64,000 nucleotides of DNA from Phycisphaerae bacterium (GCA_029260215.1 JAJDDQ010000039.1:48313-112312); one strand, 5' to 3'; positions 45,190 to 54,029 are shown, numbered from the stretch's first letter. Notes: generated by a model from the letters alone, not told the origin. Made by a program: numbers and translations.

Positions 45190-45819
45190 TCAATTCATTT
45201 TCACAGATTCCGTCTTGGGCACGCGCATGTCATCGATCAAGCCGCGCCAGATATCGCATACGAAATCGAACTCGTATTCCAGAATATCCGCGAGCGTCAC
45301 AAAGTCCTGAGCGAGAATCGCGTCCTTAACTTCGGTAAGTTTTCCGCGAACCGGAGCCATGCGCTCGCTGAATTCATCTCTGCGCGCGGCGATGCCCGCT
45401 TCGTGCTGCCCAAGGAATGAAACCGCCTGAACCACAACGTCGTTGACCTTCAGCCACTGCGACACGCATTGCGAGAGAATCTTCATCGCCTCCGTCGTTT
45501 TCCCCTGTGCAAAAAGACCGGTAGCCTCTCTGCGCTGTTCATCGGCTGCGTTGAGCGCGAGGCGCGCTTCGACCAGCGCGTCGCCTACGACGACTCGCGG
45601 CTCGCCAGTCTCGACATCGATTCGGTCGTAGTCATCCGCGACGGCAGCCAATAAATCGGCAACCTGATCGCCTTCGATATCGATCCCGTCACAGGCAAAG
45701 CCGACGATCACGACGCCCTCGGAAGAATTCTCGACCCGAACCGCTTCAAGCACGTCATCAACGGTCGCGGACACCGCGTGATCTGTGTTTGTTTTCCTGC
45801 CATCGACGTAGACATCCAT
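45190..45819 (-). CDS. Hypothetical protein
   Basis: 209-aa acidic ORF convergent with nadC. No motif recognised. Confidence 0.55.
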   Translation of the reverse strand: MDVYVDGRKTNTDHAVSATVDDVLEAVRVENSSEGVVIVGFACDGIDIEGDQVADLLAAVADDYDRIDVETGEPRVVVGDALVEARLALNAADEQRREATGLFAQGKTTEAMKILSQCVSQWLKVNDVVVQAVSFLGQHEAGIAARRDEFSERMAPVRGKLTEVKDAILAQDFVTLADILEYEFDFVCDIWRGLIDDMRVPKTESVKMN

Positions 45820-45957
45820 CGAAAGCGCTCCCTTTTTTGAGTTTCACCAGCGGGCGCGCAAAAGCAGCGCCCCAGTGGGTATCGACGACCCACAGCAGGA
45901 AACATGCCCCCAACTGAGATGCGAAACAAAAAAAGAAACACCCTACTGTTTTGCCAA

Positions 45958-46020
45958 CCATCGTTCGATGTGAAGAAACGAACAGAGCCGCGCCTGTGAG
46001 GAAGCGGTGGACCGCGATAA
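45958..46020. repeat. Repeat family D copy
   Basis: CCATCGTTCGATGTGAAGAAACGAACAGAGCCGCGCCTGTGAGGAAGCGGTGGACCGCGATAA. Near-identical to 57796-57890 apart from a 35-nt insertion there. Confidence 0.6.
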
Positions 46021-46092
46021 CCGTTTGTTACGCCCGTTTTCTCACTCACCGTCGCGATTCGAATTACCCATCAATCCATGTGTGACAAAGCT

Positions 46093-46860
46093 CTACGGCG
46101 ACGGAGGCGGCGAATTCGGATCGAACGGCGGTGGAATCTTCCAATCGCCCAGAGCAGCCACCATGTCCGAAACACCGATCGCCCGGGGCAGCGCGTACGA
46201 TTCCCCGAACGCATAGCCCGCAGCCGCACCATCCGCCGATGCGTTGCCGCGAATGTATTGAACAACCCTCTCCACGCGCTCCTCATCGAACTGCGACTTG
46301 TAGCAGCGCACAGCCTCAATCTTCCGATCGATCGTATCGGCGATGTCCACGACAAACCGGCAATGATAGTGCGTCACGTCCGCCGCCATCGGCACGGGAC
46401 GATAGACAAGATGATCGATACGGTGCGGCTTCGTGCCGTCGAACCGATCGTCCCACTTGGTCAACTGCGAATAAAAACGCGCCGCCTCCGTGATAAGCTG
46501 AGCCTGATAATGATCCGGCGATGCAGACGGCGTGCGACCAGCCATCGTGACCACGATCCCAGGCCTGTGCCTCCGAAAAACAGTAGCCACCCTGTACCGC
46601 GCAACCGGGCCGTCCATCAACTCACGATTCGGAAGATCGAGCGTTTCACAATGCGCCACGCCCAGAATCTCAGCCGCAGCAGCCGACTCCTTCGTCCGCG
46701 TCTCGAACGTACCGCGCGGCGTCGGTTCGCCGGTCGTCATATGCACCATGCCCACGCGATAGCCCTGATCGACGAGCTTCGCGATGGCACCCCCCATGCC
46801 GATTTCGAGATCGTCCGGGTGCGGAGCCGTGAAAATAATATCCAGTTCCTTGTCAGCCAT
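46093..46860 (-). CDS. PIG-L/LmbE-family deacetylase
   Basis: N-terminal APHPDDLEIGMGG motif and downstream His/Asp residues typical of LmbE-like deacetylases. Confidence 0.88.
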   Translation of the reverse strand: MADKELDIIFTAPHPDDLEIGMGGAIAKLVDQGYRVGMVHMTTGEPTPRGTFETRTKESAAAAEILGVAHCETLDLPNRELMDGPVARYRVATVFRRHRPGIVVTMAGRTPSASPDHYQAQLITEAARFYSQLTKWDDRFDGTKPHRIDHLVYRPVPMAADVTHYHCRFVVDIADTIDRKIEAVRCYKSQFDEERVERVVQYIRGNASADGAAAGYAFGESYALPRAIGVSDMVAALGDWKIPPPFDPNSPPPSP

Positions 46861-47038
46861 GCGTTGTGTTCCTCTGAAGCCGAATTTCGATCACGCATGG
46901 ACTATAGACATCGGCCCACATGCGGACAAGCTGCGGGCGGCGCGTTGCGGCGAAACACGCACCGGCTAAGCTGTGCGCAGAAAAAAACGACACGAAGCCA
47001 AACGCTGATTCTTCCCGAATCAGGCCGCGAGAGATCGT

Positions 47039-47449
47039 ATGAAACCCGGATTCGAACCAGGCATTACGCGCGAAGTGCAGGTCACCGTCACACCCGAAAT
47101 GTGTCCCGCGTTCGACGGAATCATTGTTCATCGGGTCTACTCCACATGGTCAATGGTGCATCATATGGAACTGGCCGCCCGGAAGGTGCTCGTCGATTTT
47201 CTCGAGGACCACGAGGAGGGAATCGGAACGCGCGTGTGCGTCGATCACAAAGCGCCAGCGGTCGTCGGAACGCTCGTGACGGTTCGGGCGGAGTTGGTAA
47301 AAGTCCGCCGGAACATCGCGATTTGCAAGGTGGCAGCTTGGGACACCGACCGTCTTCTCGGCGAAGGCGAGCAGCATCAAGCCGTACTCACCAGGGACAG
47401 CCTCGCCAAGATCATGGCCCGCGCATCGAATCAAAGTCTGAACGAATAG
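47039..47449 (+). CDS. Hotdog-fold thioesterase (FlK-like family)
   Basis: 136 aa. The pattern VTVTPEM......VHRVYSTWSMVHHMELAARK...GIGTRVCVDH.AP...G is typical of this thioesterase family. Confidence 0.8.
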   Translation: MKPGFEPGITREVQVTVTPEMCPAFDGIIVHRVYSTWSMVHHMELAARKVLVDFLEDHEEGIGTRVCVDHKAPAVVGTLVTVRAELVKVRRNIAICKVAAWDTDRLLGEGEQHQAVLTRDSLAKIMARASNQSLNE

Positions 47450-47480
47450 ATCCGTCCTTGTTGCGTAGTCTTTGCCCATG

Positions 47481-47513
47481 CGCAGCGAGCCGCGAACTTC
47501 AGTTCGCGCGGAC
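47481..47513. repeat. Repeat family E copy 3 (CGCAGCGAGCCGCGAACTTCAGTTCGCGCGGAC)
   Basis: Between the convergent thioesterase and CPBP genes. The stem carries A/T where copies 1 and 2 carry G/C, a compensatory pair. Confidence 0.75.
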
Positions 47514-47598
47514 GTCCCAGGTGTCACAACCACAAGTCACCACGCGCGTCGAATCCGTTCTCGGCCCACGGACACCCCATCAACGCCCCATCGCCGTT

Positions 47599-48486
47599 TC
47601 ATCTGCTCAAAGTTTCCCACAGCAGGGTCTTCGCGTTGAACAACGCATGCAGAACGATCGGCGCCAGCAGAGAACCGCTGCGCACATACAGCAAGCCAAG
47701 CAACACACCCAGCGCAGCCAGCGCTGGCACGACGTGCGGCTGCGGACTGTCGCCACCGCCCGCGTGGATCGCACCGAACACCGTGCCCGTAATCAAGACC
47801 GCCGCCCAACGACGCCCCAGAAGATTGGCCAAACAATTCTGCACCATGCCGCGGAAAAAAATCTCTTCCGCAACCGGCGCGATCAACACCGTGCCGATCC
47901 AAAGCGTCACAAGCGGCACCTCGCCCGCGCGCAACGCGTCGATCACATCGTGCTCGAAAACTTCATATCCGGGAAACCAGGCCGTGATGGAAAGAAGTGT
48001 CAGATTCAGAACAGCCCAGCAGATCGCCAGCGACGCAAGGAGATACACTCCGCCAAGCGCCGCCGAACGCATGGCACTGATGTCACCGAGCAGGAACCGC
48101 CCCGCCCCACCGTCCACCACGCGGCGTGCAACAACGAGGCAGGCCATCGCACCGAACAACTGCGCAACGTTGCCGCACCAGATCATCGACACGTCGCGCC
48201 GATCCTCAACCACCCAGCGCTGAACAGCCTCGGCCAAAATCGTCGCAGTCAACAACCAAACGAGCAGCGGCGCGAGCACCGCTTCCGGCGAAATGCGGTT
48301 CGGCGGAACGTGTGACACCAAAACCGAAGCGCACCGGGCACGAACCCAGCGCGAAACACCCGCCACGACGACCGCCGCGCCGAAGATGATCAAAAAACGA
48401 TCGGCAAGCTCAAGAACGTCAGTCACTACGATTCCGTGCAGCAAAGGGAACACCGGGGGAACCACGGCAAGCACCGCCGCCCACAA
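47599..48486 (-). CDS. CPBP-family intramembrane glutamic endopeptidase (CAAX protease / Abi family)
   Basis: Motif 1 EEIFFRG, motif 2 FGAIH, motif 3 HALFN, and multiple TM helices. TTG start 37 nt downstream of the small peptide gene. Confidence 0.9.
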   Translation of the reverse strand: MWAAVLAVVPPVFPLLHGIVVTDVLELADRFLIIFGAAVVVAGVSRWVRARCASVLVSHVPPNRISPEAVLAPLLVWLLTATILAEAVQRWVVEDRRDVSMIWCGNVAQLFGAMACLVVARRVVDGGAGRFLLGDISAMRSAALGGVYLLASLAICWAVLNLTLLSITAWFPGYEVFEHDVIDALRAGEVPLVTLWIGTVLIAPVAEEIFFRGMVQNCLANLLGRRWAAVLITGTVFGAIHAGGGDSPQPHVVPALAALGVLLGLLYVRSGSLLAPIVLHALFNAKTLLWETLSR

Positions 48487-48523
48487 TCGGCACGCCCTCC
48501 ACAGTCACCGAACGTTCGCGAAC

Positions 48524-48649
48524 TCAGAACGTGATATTGGAAAAAACGTCGGTCAACGATCCAAACACGAACGTCAGCAGGTTCTCAAGAAAGCCGAACA
48601 GCGCCGACAAAAACGTACTCAAGCCAAAATCCACCAATGAACCACCCAT
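48524..48649 (-). CDS. Unannotated 41-aa hydrophobic acidic peptide (paralog 1)
   Basis: Below the ORF-track size cutoff. ATG 48649 is preceded by AAGGAAG with an 8-nt spacer. MGGSLVDFGLSTFLSALFGFLENLLTFVFGSLTDVFSNITF. Same length and same C-terminal NIT+hydrophobic residue as the peptide at 48884-49009. Confidence 0.55.
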   Translation of the reverse strand: MGGSLVDFGLSTFLSALFGFLENLLTFVFGSLTDVFSNITF

Positions 48650-48677
48650 TTTGAATACTTCCTTATAGCTAGCGAAA

Positions 48678-48705
48678 ATCATATGTCAGCCGTGCCGACC
48701 GACAA
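48678..48705 (-). promoter_or_regulatory. Sigma70-type promoter for peptide 1 (and probably the CPBP gene)
   Basis: The minus strand reads TTGTCG (48705-48700), a 16-nt spacer, then TATGAT (48683-48678), about 30 nt upstream of ATG 48649. Confidence 0.45.
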
Positions 48706-48758
48706 CGTACGACCATTGTCCGCCCGCACGACGTGTCCGAAAAGGGGATACCACACAG

Positions 48759-48801
48759 CAAAAGAAAAATCCACTATGCGCGCATCGCGACGATAGTGGA
48801 T
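48759..48801 (-). terminator. Rho-independent terminator after peptide 2
   Basis: The minus strand has ATCCACTAT (48801-48793), a 15-nt loop, ATAGTGGAT (48777-48769), then TTTTTCTTTTG. Confidence 0.55.
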
Positions 48802-48883
48802 CGCTGATGATTGGAGAACCGCCGACCGGCACACGCGCCGCCATCAAGCGTTCAGTCAATCGATTGCATAACCCGCACCCAAA

Positions 48884-49009
48884 CTACAGGGTGATGTTGA
48901 GCAGGTCGTTAATGATGGTGGTGAGGGCAGCCAGGAAACCATCGAGCAACGTGCCGAAAGTCGCCTGAAACACATCGAGAATTCCACGAGAAATCGTATC
49001 AAAAAACAT
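48884..49009 (-). CDS. Unannotated 41-aa hydrophobic acidic peptide (paralog 2)
   Basis: ATG 49009 is preceded by TAGGAG with an 8-nt spacer. MFFDTISRGILDVFQATFGTLLDGFLAALTTIINDLLNITL. Located in the lowest-GC stretch of the window. Confidence 0.55.
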   Translation of the reverse strand: MFFDTISRGILDVFQATFGTLLDGFLAALTTIINDLLNITL

Positions 49010-49070
49010 GACAAAAACTCCTATTTCTTGTCTTTCCTACTTGGCTGTAACCGCGCCTACAATCGGCTTC

Positions 49071-49114
49071 TTGCCACGGAAGTGTATTCTTGACTGGCAA
49101 AAGGCTCTTGACAA
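49071..49114 (-). promoter_or_regulatory. Candidate promoter plus operator-like palindrome upstream of peptide 2
   Basis: The minus strand reads TTGTCA (49114-49109), a 17-nt spacer, then AAGAAT (49091-49086). This overlaps the palindrome TTGCCA-N18-TGGCAA (49071-49100). Confidence 0.35.
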
Positions 49115-49123
49115 GGGGTAATC

Positions 49124-50239
49124 CTAAATATTTTGCCCCGCGAAAAAAGCCGCCCCCATGCGGTCCGCCATCGGCTGATTGGAAAAAATCAACGGCAGGA
49201 TGTATTGCGTCTCGGTATTCGGCGGCCTGAGATATTCCGCCATCTCCGTACGCCAACGCGTGTTGAACTCCATCAGCACATCCTGCGGGCTGGGCGCACC
49301 GATCGCCTCATGGGCGACGTCAGCCGCGATTTTCGCCGACCACATGCCAGGGTAAATACCCTCCCCGCTGGTGGCTGACACAAATCCGCCCGCATCGCCT
49401 ACGATCAGCGTGCGCTTGGCCACGTGCGTGTCCATCGCCAACGCAACCGCCGCCGGCGTGGAAATCGCCTCGCTGCGGGCGGCGACGTCGCTCAGGTCAA
49501 CATCGATCAAATCGTGGGCCAACGCATGCTTGCACAGGGTGGTGATCTTGTGGATCGTCTCCGCCCGCTCGCCTCCCGTCTGCACGCTGATCGTCGCCCG
49601 ACCCCGACCAGACACCACAACACCAATGCCGCCGAAATTATCCAGACCGAGCACCACCGACACCTTCGGCGGGCCTGTTTTCACATCCTCCGCCTCAACA
49701 TGCGCTGCCCACCACCCCGAAGGAATACTGCCCGGACCGAGGCGAAGCTGATCCAGCAATTGCGATTTTCTCCCGGAAGCGAGAATCAGCACCGACCCCC
49801 GCAACGGCACCCCTCTCGACGGTTCAGCCGTCACAAATTCCTCGCCCAACCGGATTTGACCGATGGACATCGCGTCGTGAAACGACACCTCCGCCGACTC
49901 CGCAGCCCGGACGAGCTTCTCGTCGAACCCCGCACGGTCAATCAGATAACCCGGTGTCGACGGAAATTTCGGCGTCGCTGTCTTGGTGAAATCGGCGTTG
50001 AAAAACGCCACATTGTTGATCGGCACAGCGTCAAGATCCTTGAGCTTGACACCGATCTCGCCCAACAACGGCACCACGCAGCTCCCCAGCCAGCCCGCGC
50101 AAACGCGAGGCCGAGGATGCTTGGCTGCATCGATCAGCGCTACATGGCGATCCTTCGCCGCCATCGCCAAAGCGGCCGTCGCACCAGCCGGACCCGCACC
50201 GACCACGATCGCATCAAATTGAGCTTCCGCCTTACTCAC
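49124..50239 (-). CDS. FAD-dependent oxidoreductase, geranylgeranyl-reductase-like family
   Basis: N-terminal dinucleotide fold DAIVVGAGPAGATAAL, and LIVGDAGGFVSATSGEGI near the C-terminus, typical of the GGR/FixC-like family. Confidence 0.88.
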   Translation of the reverse strand: MSKAEAQFDAIVVGAGPAGATAALAMAAKDRHVALIDAAKHPRPRVCAGWLGSCVVPLLGEIGVKLKDLDAVPINNVAFFNADFTKTATPKFPSTPGYLIDRAGFDEKLVRAAESAEVSFHDAMSIGQIRLGEEFVTAEPSRGVPLRGSVLILASGRKSQLLDQLRLGPGSIPSGWWAAHVEAEDVKTGPPKVSVVLGLDNFGGIGVVVSGRGRATISVQTGGERAETIHKITTLCKHALAHDLIDVDLSDVAARSEAISTPAAVALAMDTHVAKRTLIVGDAGGFVSATSGEGIYPGMWSAKIAADVAHEAIGAPSPQDVLMEFNTRWRTEMAEYLRPPNTETQYILPLIFSNQPMADRMGAAFFAGQNI

Positions 50240-50266
50240 TGCCGCTCTTCCCTTGACCGCATGGGT

Positions 50267-51616
50267 CTATTCAATGTCCAGTAGTTTCCACAACGCCTGC
50301 TCAACCTGTGAGAATCGCGCGAGCGACTGCTCAAGCTCCTCGCGCACCGCCGCAAACGCCGGATCGTTCACCGGCGTCTCCCCGCCGTTGGCCTCCACCA
50401 TCGCAGACAGACGCTCCGTCAAATCGTCCAGATGGGCCGACGCCTCGGTGAACTCCCGAACCGCGTCCAGAATATACGCCTGCTGCGATTCGGTCTCAGA
50501 CGGCTTGTGGATCAGTCGCCACGGTTGACGACGCAGGTCTTTCGCAACGGCTTTGAGATGCTCACTCGCCTCCTTGGCATTGTCCACGATCGTAACAGCC
50601 CGGTCCGCACCCAGCACAGCCACGCGACGGACCTTGTCGCTGGCCACGTTCAGGTCTGCCAGCGCGCGGTTGATCCCGTCAGCTGCTTCGTGCGCTTTCC
50701 TCAACAGGCTCTTGGCCCGCGTCGGATCGAATTCGTCCACGATCGCCGGCACGACCGATTGGTCAAGCGTGCCGACCATGTGCGTCACACCTTCGACCGT
50801 ATGACGCACATCCGCACGGTTTTCATCGATGATCGCGACGACGCCCATCAGCGCCAAATCAACCTGATCCAATCCACGATGAACTTTGGCCAATATCGAC
50901 CCATCGTCGCCCGCCTGAAGCTGCGCGCGCATCGCACCCGTCACCGCGTTGACGTTGGTCAGAATAGAGTCAATCTTGTGAATCAGAGCGGCTTTGCGAT
51001 CGGGATCCACCGTATCCTTCAAATCCTCGGTCATCGCGTTCACGTCGTCGAGGCTGACGTGAATCTTCGCAATTAGCGAGTCCGCCATAGACGGGTCAAG
51101 CTGATTCTTGATTTGCGACAGCAGGCTGCCCGGGTCATCCGCGTCGAATTCACGTGAAATACTGCTGAATTGAGCGGCGAATCCCGCGACTTCCGCATAC
51201 AAAGGGCCGCCGTCCGTCGCCCTCCGCTCAGACGTCCCGCGATTCACAATGCGCAGCTGCCCCGTATCGCCCAGCAACGAACCCGACACGGTGATCGAGC
51301 AATCCTCGCGTAAGCCGACGGCTGTGCGCACCTCACCCACCAGCTCGAAATACAAAAAATTCTCAGGCCCGCCCTCTTCACGCGCGGGGGCTTCCAGAAG
51401 CATCACCCGTTGAATACTGCCGACCTGTTGCGGGCCGCAGATAATCGGTGCCCCCGGCTTGATCCGCGGAACGTCCTGATCGTGCCCAATCCGCACCACG
51501 ATAGGTTCGGTCTCGTCGAAACTCTGCCCGCCGATGTACATCACGCCGACGACGAACAGAACCAGACTGAGCGTCACCGCAAGGCCAAGCTTAAAGCTGT
51601 CACGCTGCCGTCCCAT
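50267..51616 (-). CDS. mlaD: MlaD/MCE-domain protein with long helical C-terminal extension
   Basis: N-terminal TM (LGLAVTLSLVLFVVGVMYIGG), then an MCE beta-barrel-like region (IKPGAPIICGPQQVGSIQRV), followed by about 300 aa of helical repeats. Confidence 0.82.
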   Translation of the reverse strand: MGRQRDSFKLGLAVTLSLVLFVVGVMYIGGQSFDETEPIVVRIGHDQDVPRIKPGAPIICGPQQVGSIQRVMLLEAPAREEGGPENFLYFELVGEVRTAVGLREDCSITVSGSLLGDTGQLRIVNRGTSERRATDGGPLYAEVAGFAAQFSSISREFDADDPGSLLSQIKNQLDPSMADSLIAKIHVSLDDVNAMTEDLKDTVDPDRKAALIHKIDSILTNVNAVTGAMRAQLQAGDDGSILAKVHRGLDQVDLALMGVVAIIDENRADVRHTVEGVTHMVGTLDQSVVPAIVDEFDPTRAKSLLRKAHEAADGINRALADLNVASDKVRRVAVLGADRAVTIVDNAKEASEHLKAVAKDLRRQPWRLIHKPSETESQQAYILDAVREFTEASAHLDDLTERLSAMVEANGGETPVNDPAFAAVREELEQSLARFSQVEQALWKLLDIE

Positions 51617-51702
51617 TCAAGTCCTTCGATTCAAAAAGAAAACAATGACTCATCATTCCTGCGCGATGCGTCCCTATTTCGGTTTTTCAGGGACGACTCT
51701 TT

Positions 51703-51875
51703 CCTGCCCCCTCCTTGCGACGATAAGCATTCCCTCTTTAACACCGGGCATCCCAATCTCTTCCCCCCTTGCAAAGGGGGGATACAGGGGAGTCCGGGAC
51801 CGGAACAACATTTCACTTCGCAAGAAGAACCTCCCCCAGCCCCTCCTTGTCAAGGAGGGGAGGAAGAGAACATTC
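51703..51875. repeat. Family A repeat copy 2 (no recognisable terminal inverted repeats) inside the mla operon
   Basis: Contains CCCCCCTTGCAAAGGGGGGATACAGGGG and CCCCTCCTTGTCAAGGAGGGGAGGAAGAG. Lies in the 312-nt gap between mlaF and mlaD. Confidence 0.65.
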
Positions 51876-51928
51876 GTCACGGCGCAGCCGCATCATAGCG
51901 GCTTTCGCACTTCGCGAGAACGGACCGA

Positions 51929-52831
51929 CTACTCGCCCGCGATAATCAACTTCTCAAATTCCGTCATGCCGTCGGCATCGGTGATAGGCCCTTCGCTCGC
52001 GCCCCGCAGAAACTGGTGCATCAACCGCTCGTCGCGCCCGTCGAGCGTCCCGGGGTCGGCATCGCGGATGCGCTCAAACTCACAACGGTCGCCGATCTTC
52101 AACACCCGCCCCTTGTCCAGCATGACCATGCGGTCCGCAATGCGAAAAGCCGAATCCATTTCATGCGTCACCACGACGCTCGTCACCCGCAACTTCCGGG
52201 ACAAATCCATCATCAACTCGTCGATGGCTGCACTGGTAACCGGGTCCAAACCCGCCGACGGCTCGTCGTAGAAGAGAATCTCCGGGTCGAGCGCCGTCGC
52301 CCGTGCCAGACCCGCACGCTTTTTCTGGCCGCCCGAAAGCTGCGACGGCATCTTGTTGCGATGGGCCAGCATCTTCACCTGCTGAAGCTTAAGCGTCACA
52401 ACGATGTCGATAATCGACGCATCGACATACGAATGCTCAATCAACGGCAACGCCACATTCTCCGCCAGCGTCATCGAGCCGAACAATGCTCCGCTCTGAA
52501 AGAGGATTCCGTAACGCTTGCGCAGCTCGTTCAAGCCATCCTCATCCATGAGCGCGATGTCCGCCGGCTCGCGCATGTTCTTGGTAAAAAACAGGATATG
52601 TCCGCCATTGACGGAGTATTCACCGATCAGACAATTCAGCAGCGTGCTCTTGCCGCAACCGCTGCCGCCCATAATCACCAGCGTCTCGCCGCGGCGAATA
52701 TCGAACGTCACACCGTCCAGAACGCGGATCACACCGCCATCGCCCGTCGGGAATTCCTTGACCACGTCGCGAACCGAAATCGCCAGATCAGTCGCCGATC
52801 CCCGAGCGCTCGCCACCTCAGACTCCTTCAA
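51929..52831 (-). CDS. mlaF: ABC transporter ATP-binding protein, MlaF-like
   Basis: Walker A GGSGCGKST, signature LSGGQKKR, Walker B ILFYDEPSAGLD. 4-nt overlap with mlaE. Confidence 0.9.
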   Translation of the reverse strand: MKESEVASARGSATDLAISVRDVVKEFPTGDGGVIRVLDGVTFDIRRGETLVIMGGSGCGKSTLLNCLIGEYSVNGGHILFFTKNMREPADIALMDEDGLNELRKRYGILFQSGALFGSMTLAENVALPLIEHSYVDASIIDIVVTLKLQQVKMLAHRNKMPSQLSGGQKKRAGLARATALDPEILFYDEPSAGLDPVTSAAIDELMMDLSRKLRVTSVVVTHEMDSAFRIADRMVMLDKGRVLKIGDRCEFERIRDADPGTLDGRDERLMHQFLRGASEGPITDADGMTEFEKLIIAGE

Positions 52832-53694
52832 ATTCCCAACGCATAGAAAACGGCAGTGAACATGGCATCGATTCCGATCAACGCCACAATCGACTTGACC
52901 ACCGTCGCCGTCGTCGCCCGACCGACGCCCTCCGCACCGCCCGAAACGTTCAATCCTTCATAGCACGCGATCAACGCAATCACCGCACCGAACACACAAG
53001 CCTTGACCAAACCCGTGACAAAATCCGTCATCTTCAAGGCGTCCAGCGTCAGGTTCACATACAAAGACGGTGGGACATCCAGAATGAACACGGAAGTAAG
53101 GAACCCGCCGAAAACACCGATGTAGTCCGCCATCACCGTCAGAACGACAATCATCCCCGCCGTGGCCAACACGCGCGGGGTGACAAGAAACCGTACCGGG
53201 TTCAGGGCGTGTGCGCGTAACGCCTTGATTTCCTCAGCCTCCACCATCGCCCCGATCTCAGCCGCGATGGACGCGCCCGCGAAACCGCTCAGCACGATCC
53301 CCGTCAGCAGAGGCCCCAACTCACGCACCACGGCGATGCCGACCACGTCCGCCACACGCTCCAACTGCCCATACGATTGAAGCGTCGGCGCCATCTGCAA
53401 CGCCAGGATCATGCCGATGAAGATTTGAACCAGGAAAACAATCGAGATGCTCCGAACACCAACCCGCACCATCTGGTGAACCAACGCAGGCCAACCGAAT
53501 CTGATCCGCGACTGAAACACACCGCGAAAAGCCCAGACCAGCGCATCGTAAAACAGATAGGTCACGCCGCCGACAAAGCTGAGAATCGACACAAGACGCG
53601 ACGCCTGATCCCGCGTAATCGAACCCACGCCCGAAATCGCGCGATAAGCGATGTGGCTGCGACCGGCGGCGGATTCGGAAGACGGGTCACTCAT
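52828..53694 (-). CDS. mlaE: ABC transporter permease, MlaE family
   Basis: Conserved MlaE segments are present: VRELGPLLTGIVLSGFAGASIAAEIGAM, AL.A..LNPVRFLVTPRVLA, and the GGAEGVGRATT motif. Confidence 0.9.
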   Translation of the reverse strand: MSDPSSESAAGRSHIAYRAISGVGSITRDQASRLVSILSFVGGVTYLFYDALVWAFRGVFQSRIRFGWPALVHQMVRVGVRSISIVFLVQIFIGMILALQMAPTLQSYGQLERVADVVGIAVVRELGPLLTGIVLSGFAGASIAAEIGAMVEAEEIKALRAHALNPVRFLVTPRVLATAGMIVVLTVMADYIGVFGGFLTSVFILDVPPSLYVNLTLDALKMTDFVTGLVKACVFGAVIALIACYEGLNVSGGAEGVGRATTATVVKSIVALIGIDAMFTAVFYALGI

Positions 53695-54029
53695 GCAGCC
53701 GGAATCTCACTTTCCGATTCGGCGACCGTGAAGAATTTATCCAGGCGCGTGATTTCCAGGACACTCCGCACACGCTCACCCGGGCTGAGCAACACCAGAG
53801 TCTGATTCTTTTTCTTAAGCCTGCGAAACACCTCGACCAGCGTGCCCACACCGGACGAATCAATGTAACGCACTTCCGACAGATCAAGCACCAGTTGCTT
53901 CAAATCCCCCGCACATATCTTCACAAGCCCCTTGTGAAACTCCGGTGCCTGGTGCATGTCGATCTCGCCGGAAAGCCGAACCGTCGTCGTCGCACCGTCC
54001 TGCGTAACTTCTTTGATGATCTCACTCAT
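53691..54029 (-). CDS. STAS-domain protein (anti-sigma-factor antagonist / MlaB-like)
   Basis: LVLDLSEVRYIDSSGVGTLVEVF carries the SpoIIAA-type DSSG phosphorylation motif. 4-nt overlap with mlaE. Confidence 0.9.
   Translation of the reverse strand: MSEIIKEVTQDGATTTVRLSGEIDMHQAPEFHKGLVKICAGDLKQLVLDLSEVRYIDSSGVGTLVEVFRRLKKKNQTLVLLSPGERVRSVLEITRLDKFFTVAESESEIPAA

Noticed and set aside
49071-49100. TGGCAA/TTGCCA palindrome upstream of peptide 2 as a sigma54 -24 element.
   Set aside because: There is no TTGC at the required distance on either strand. It is better read as an operator-like inverted repeat overlapping a sigma70-type promoter.
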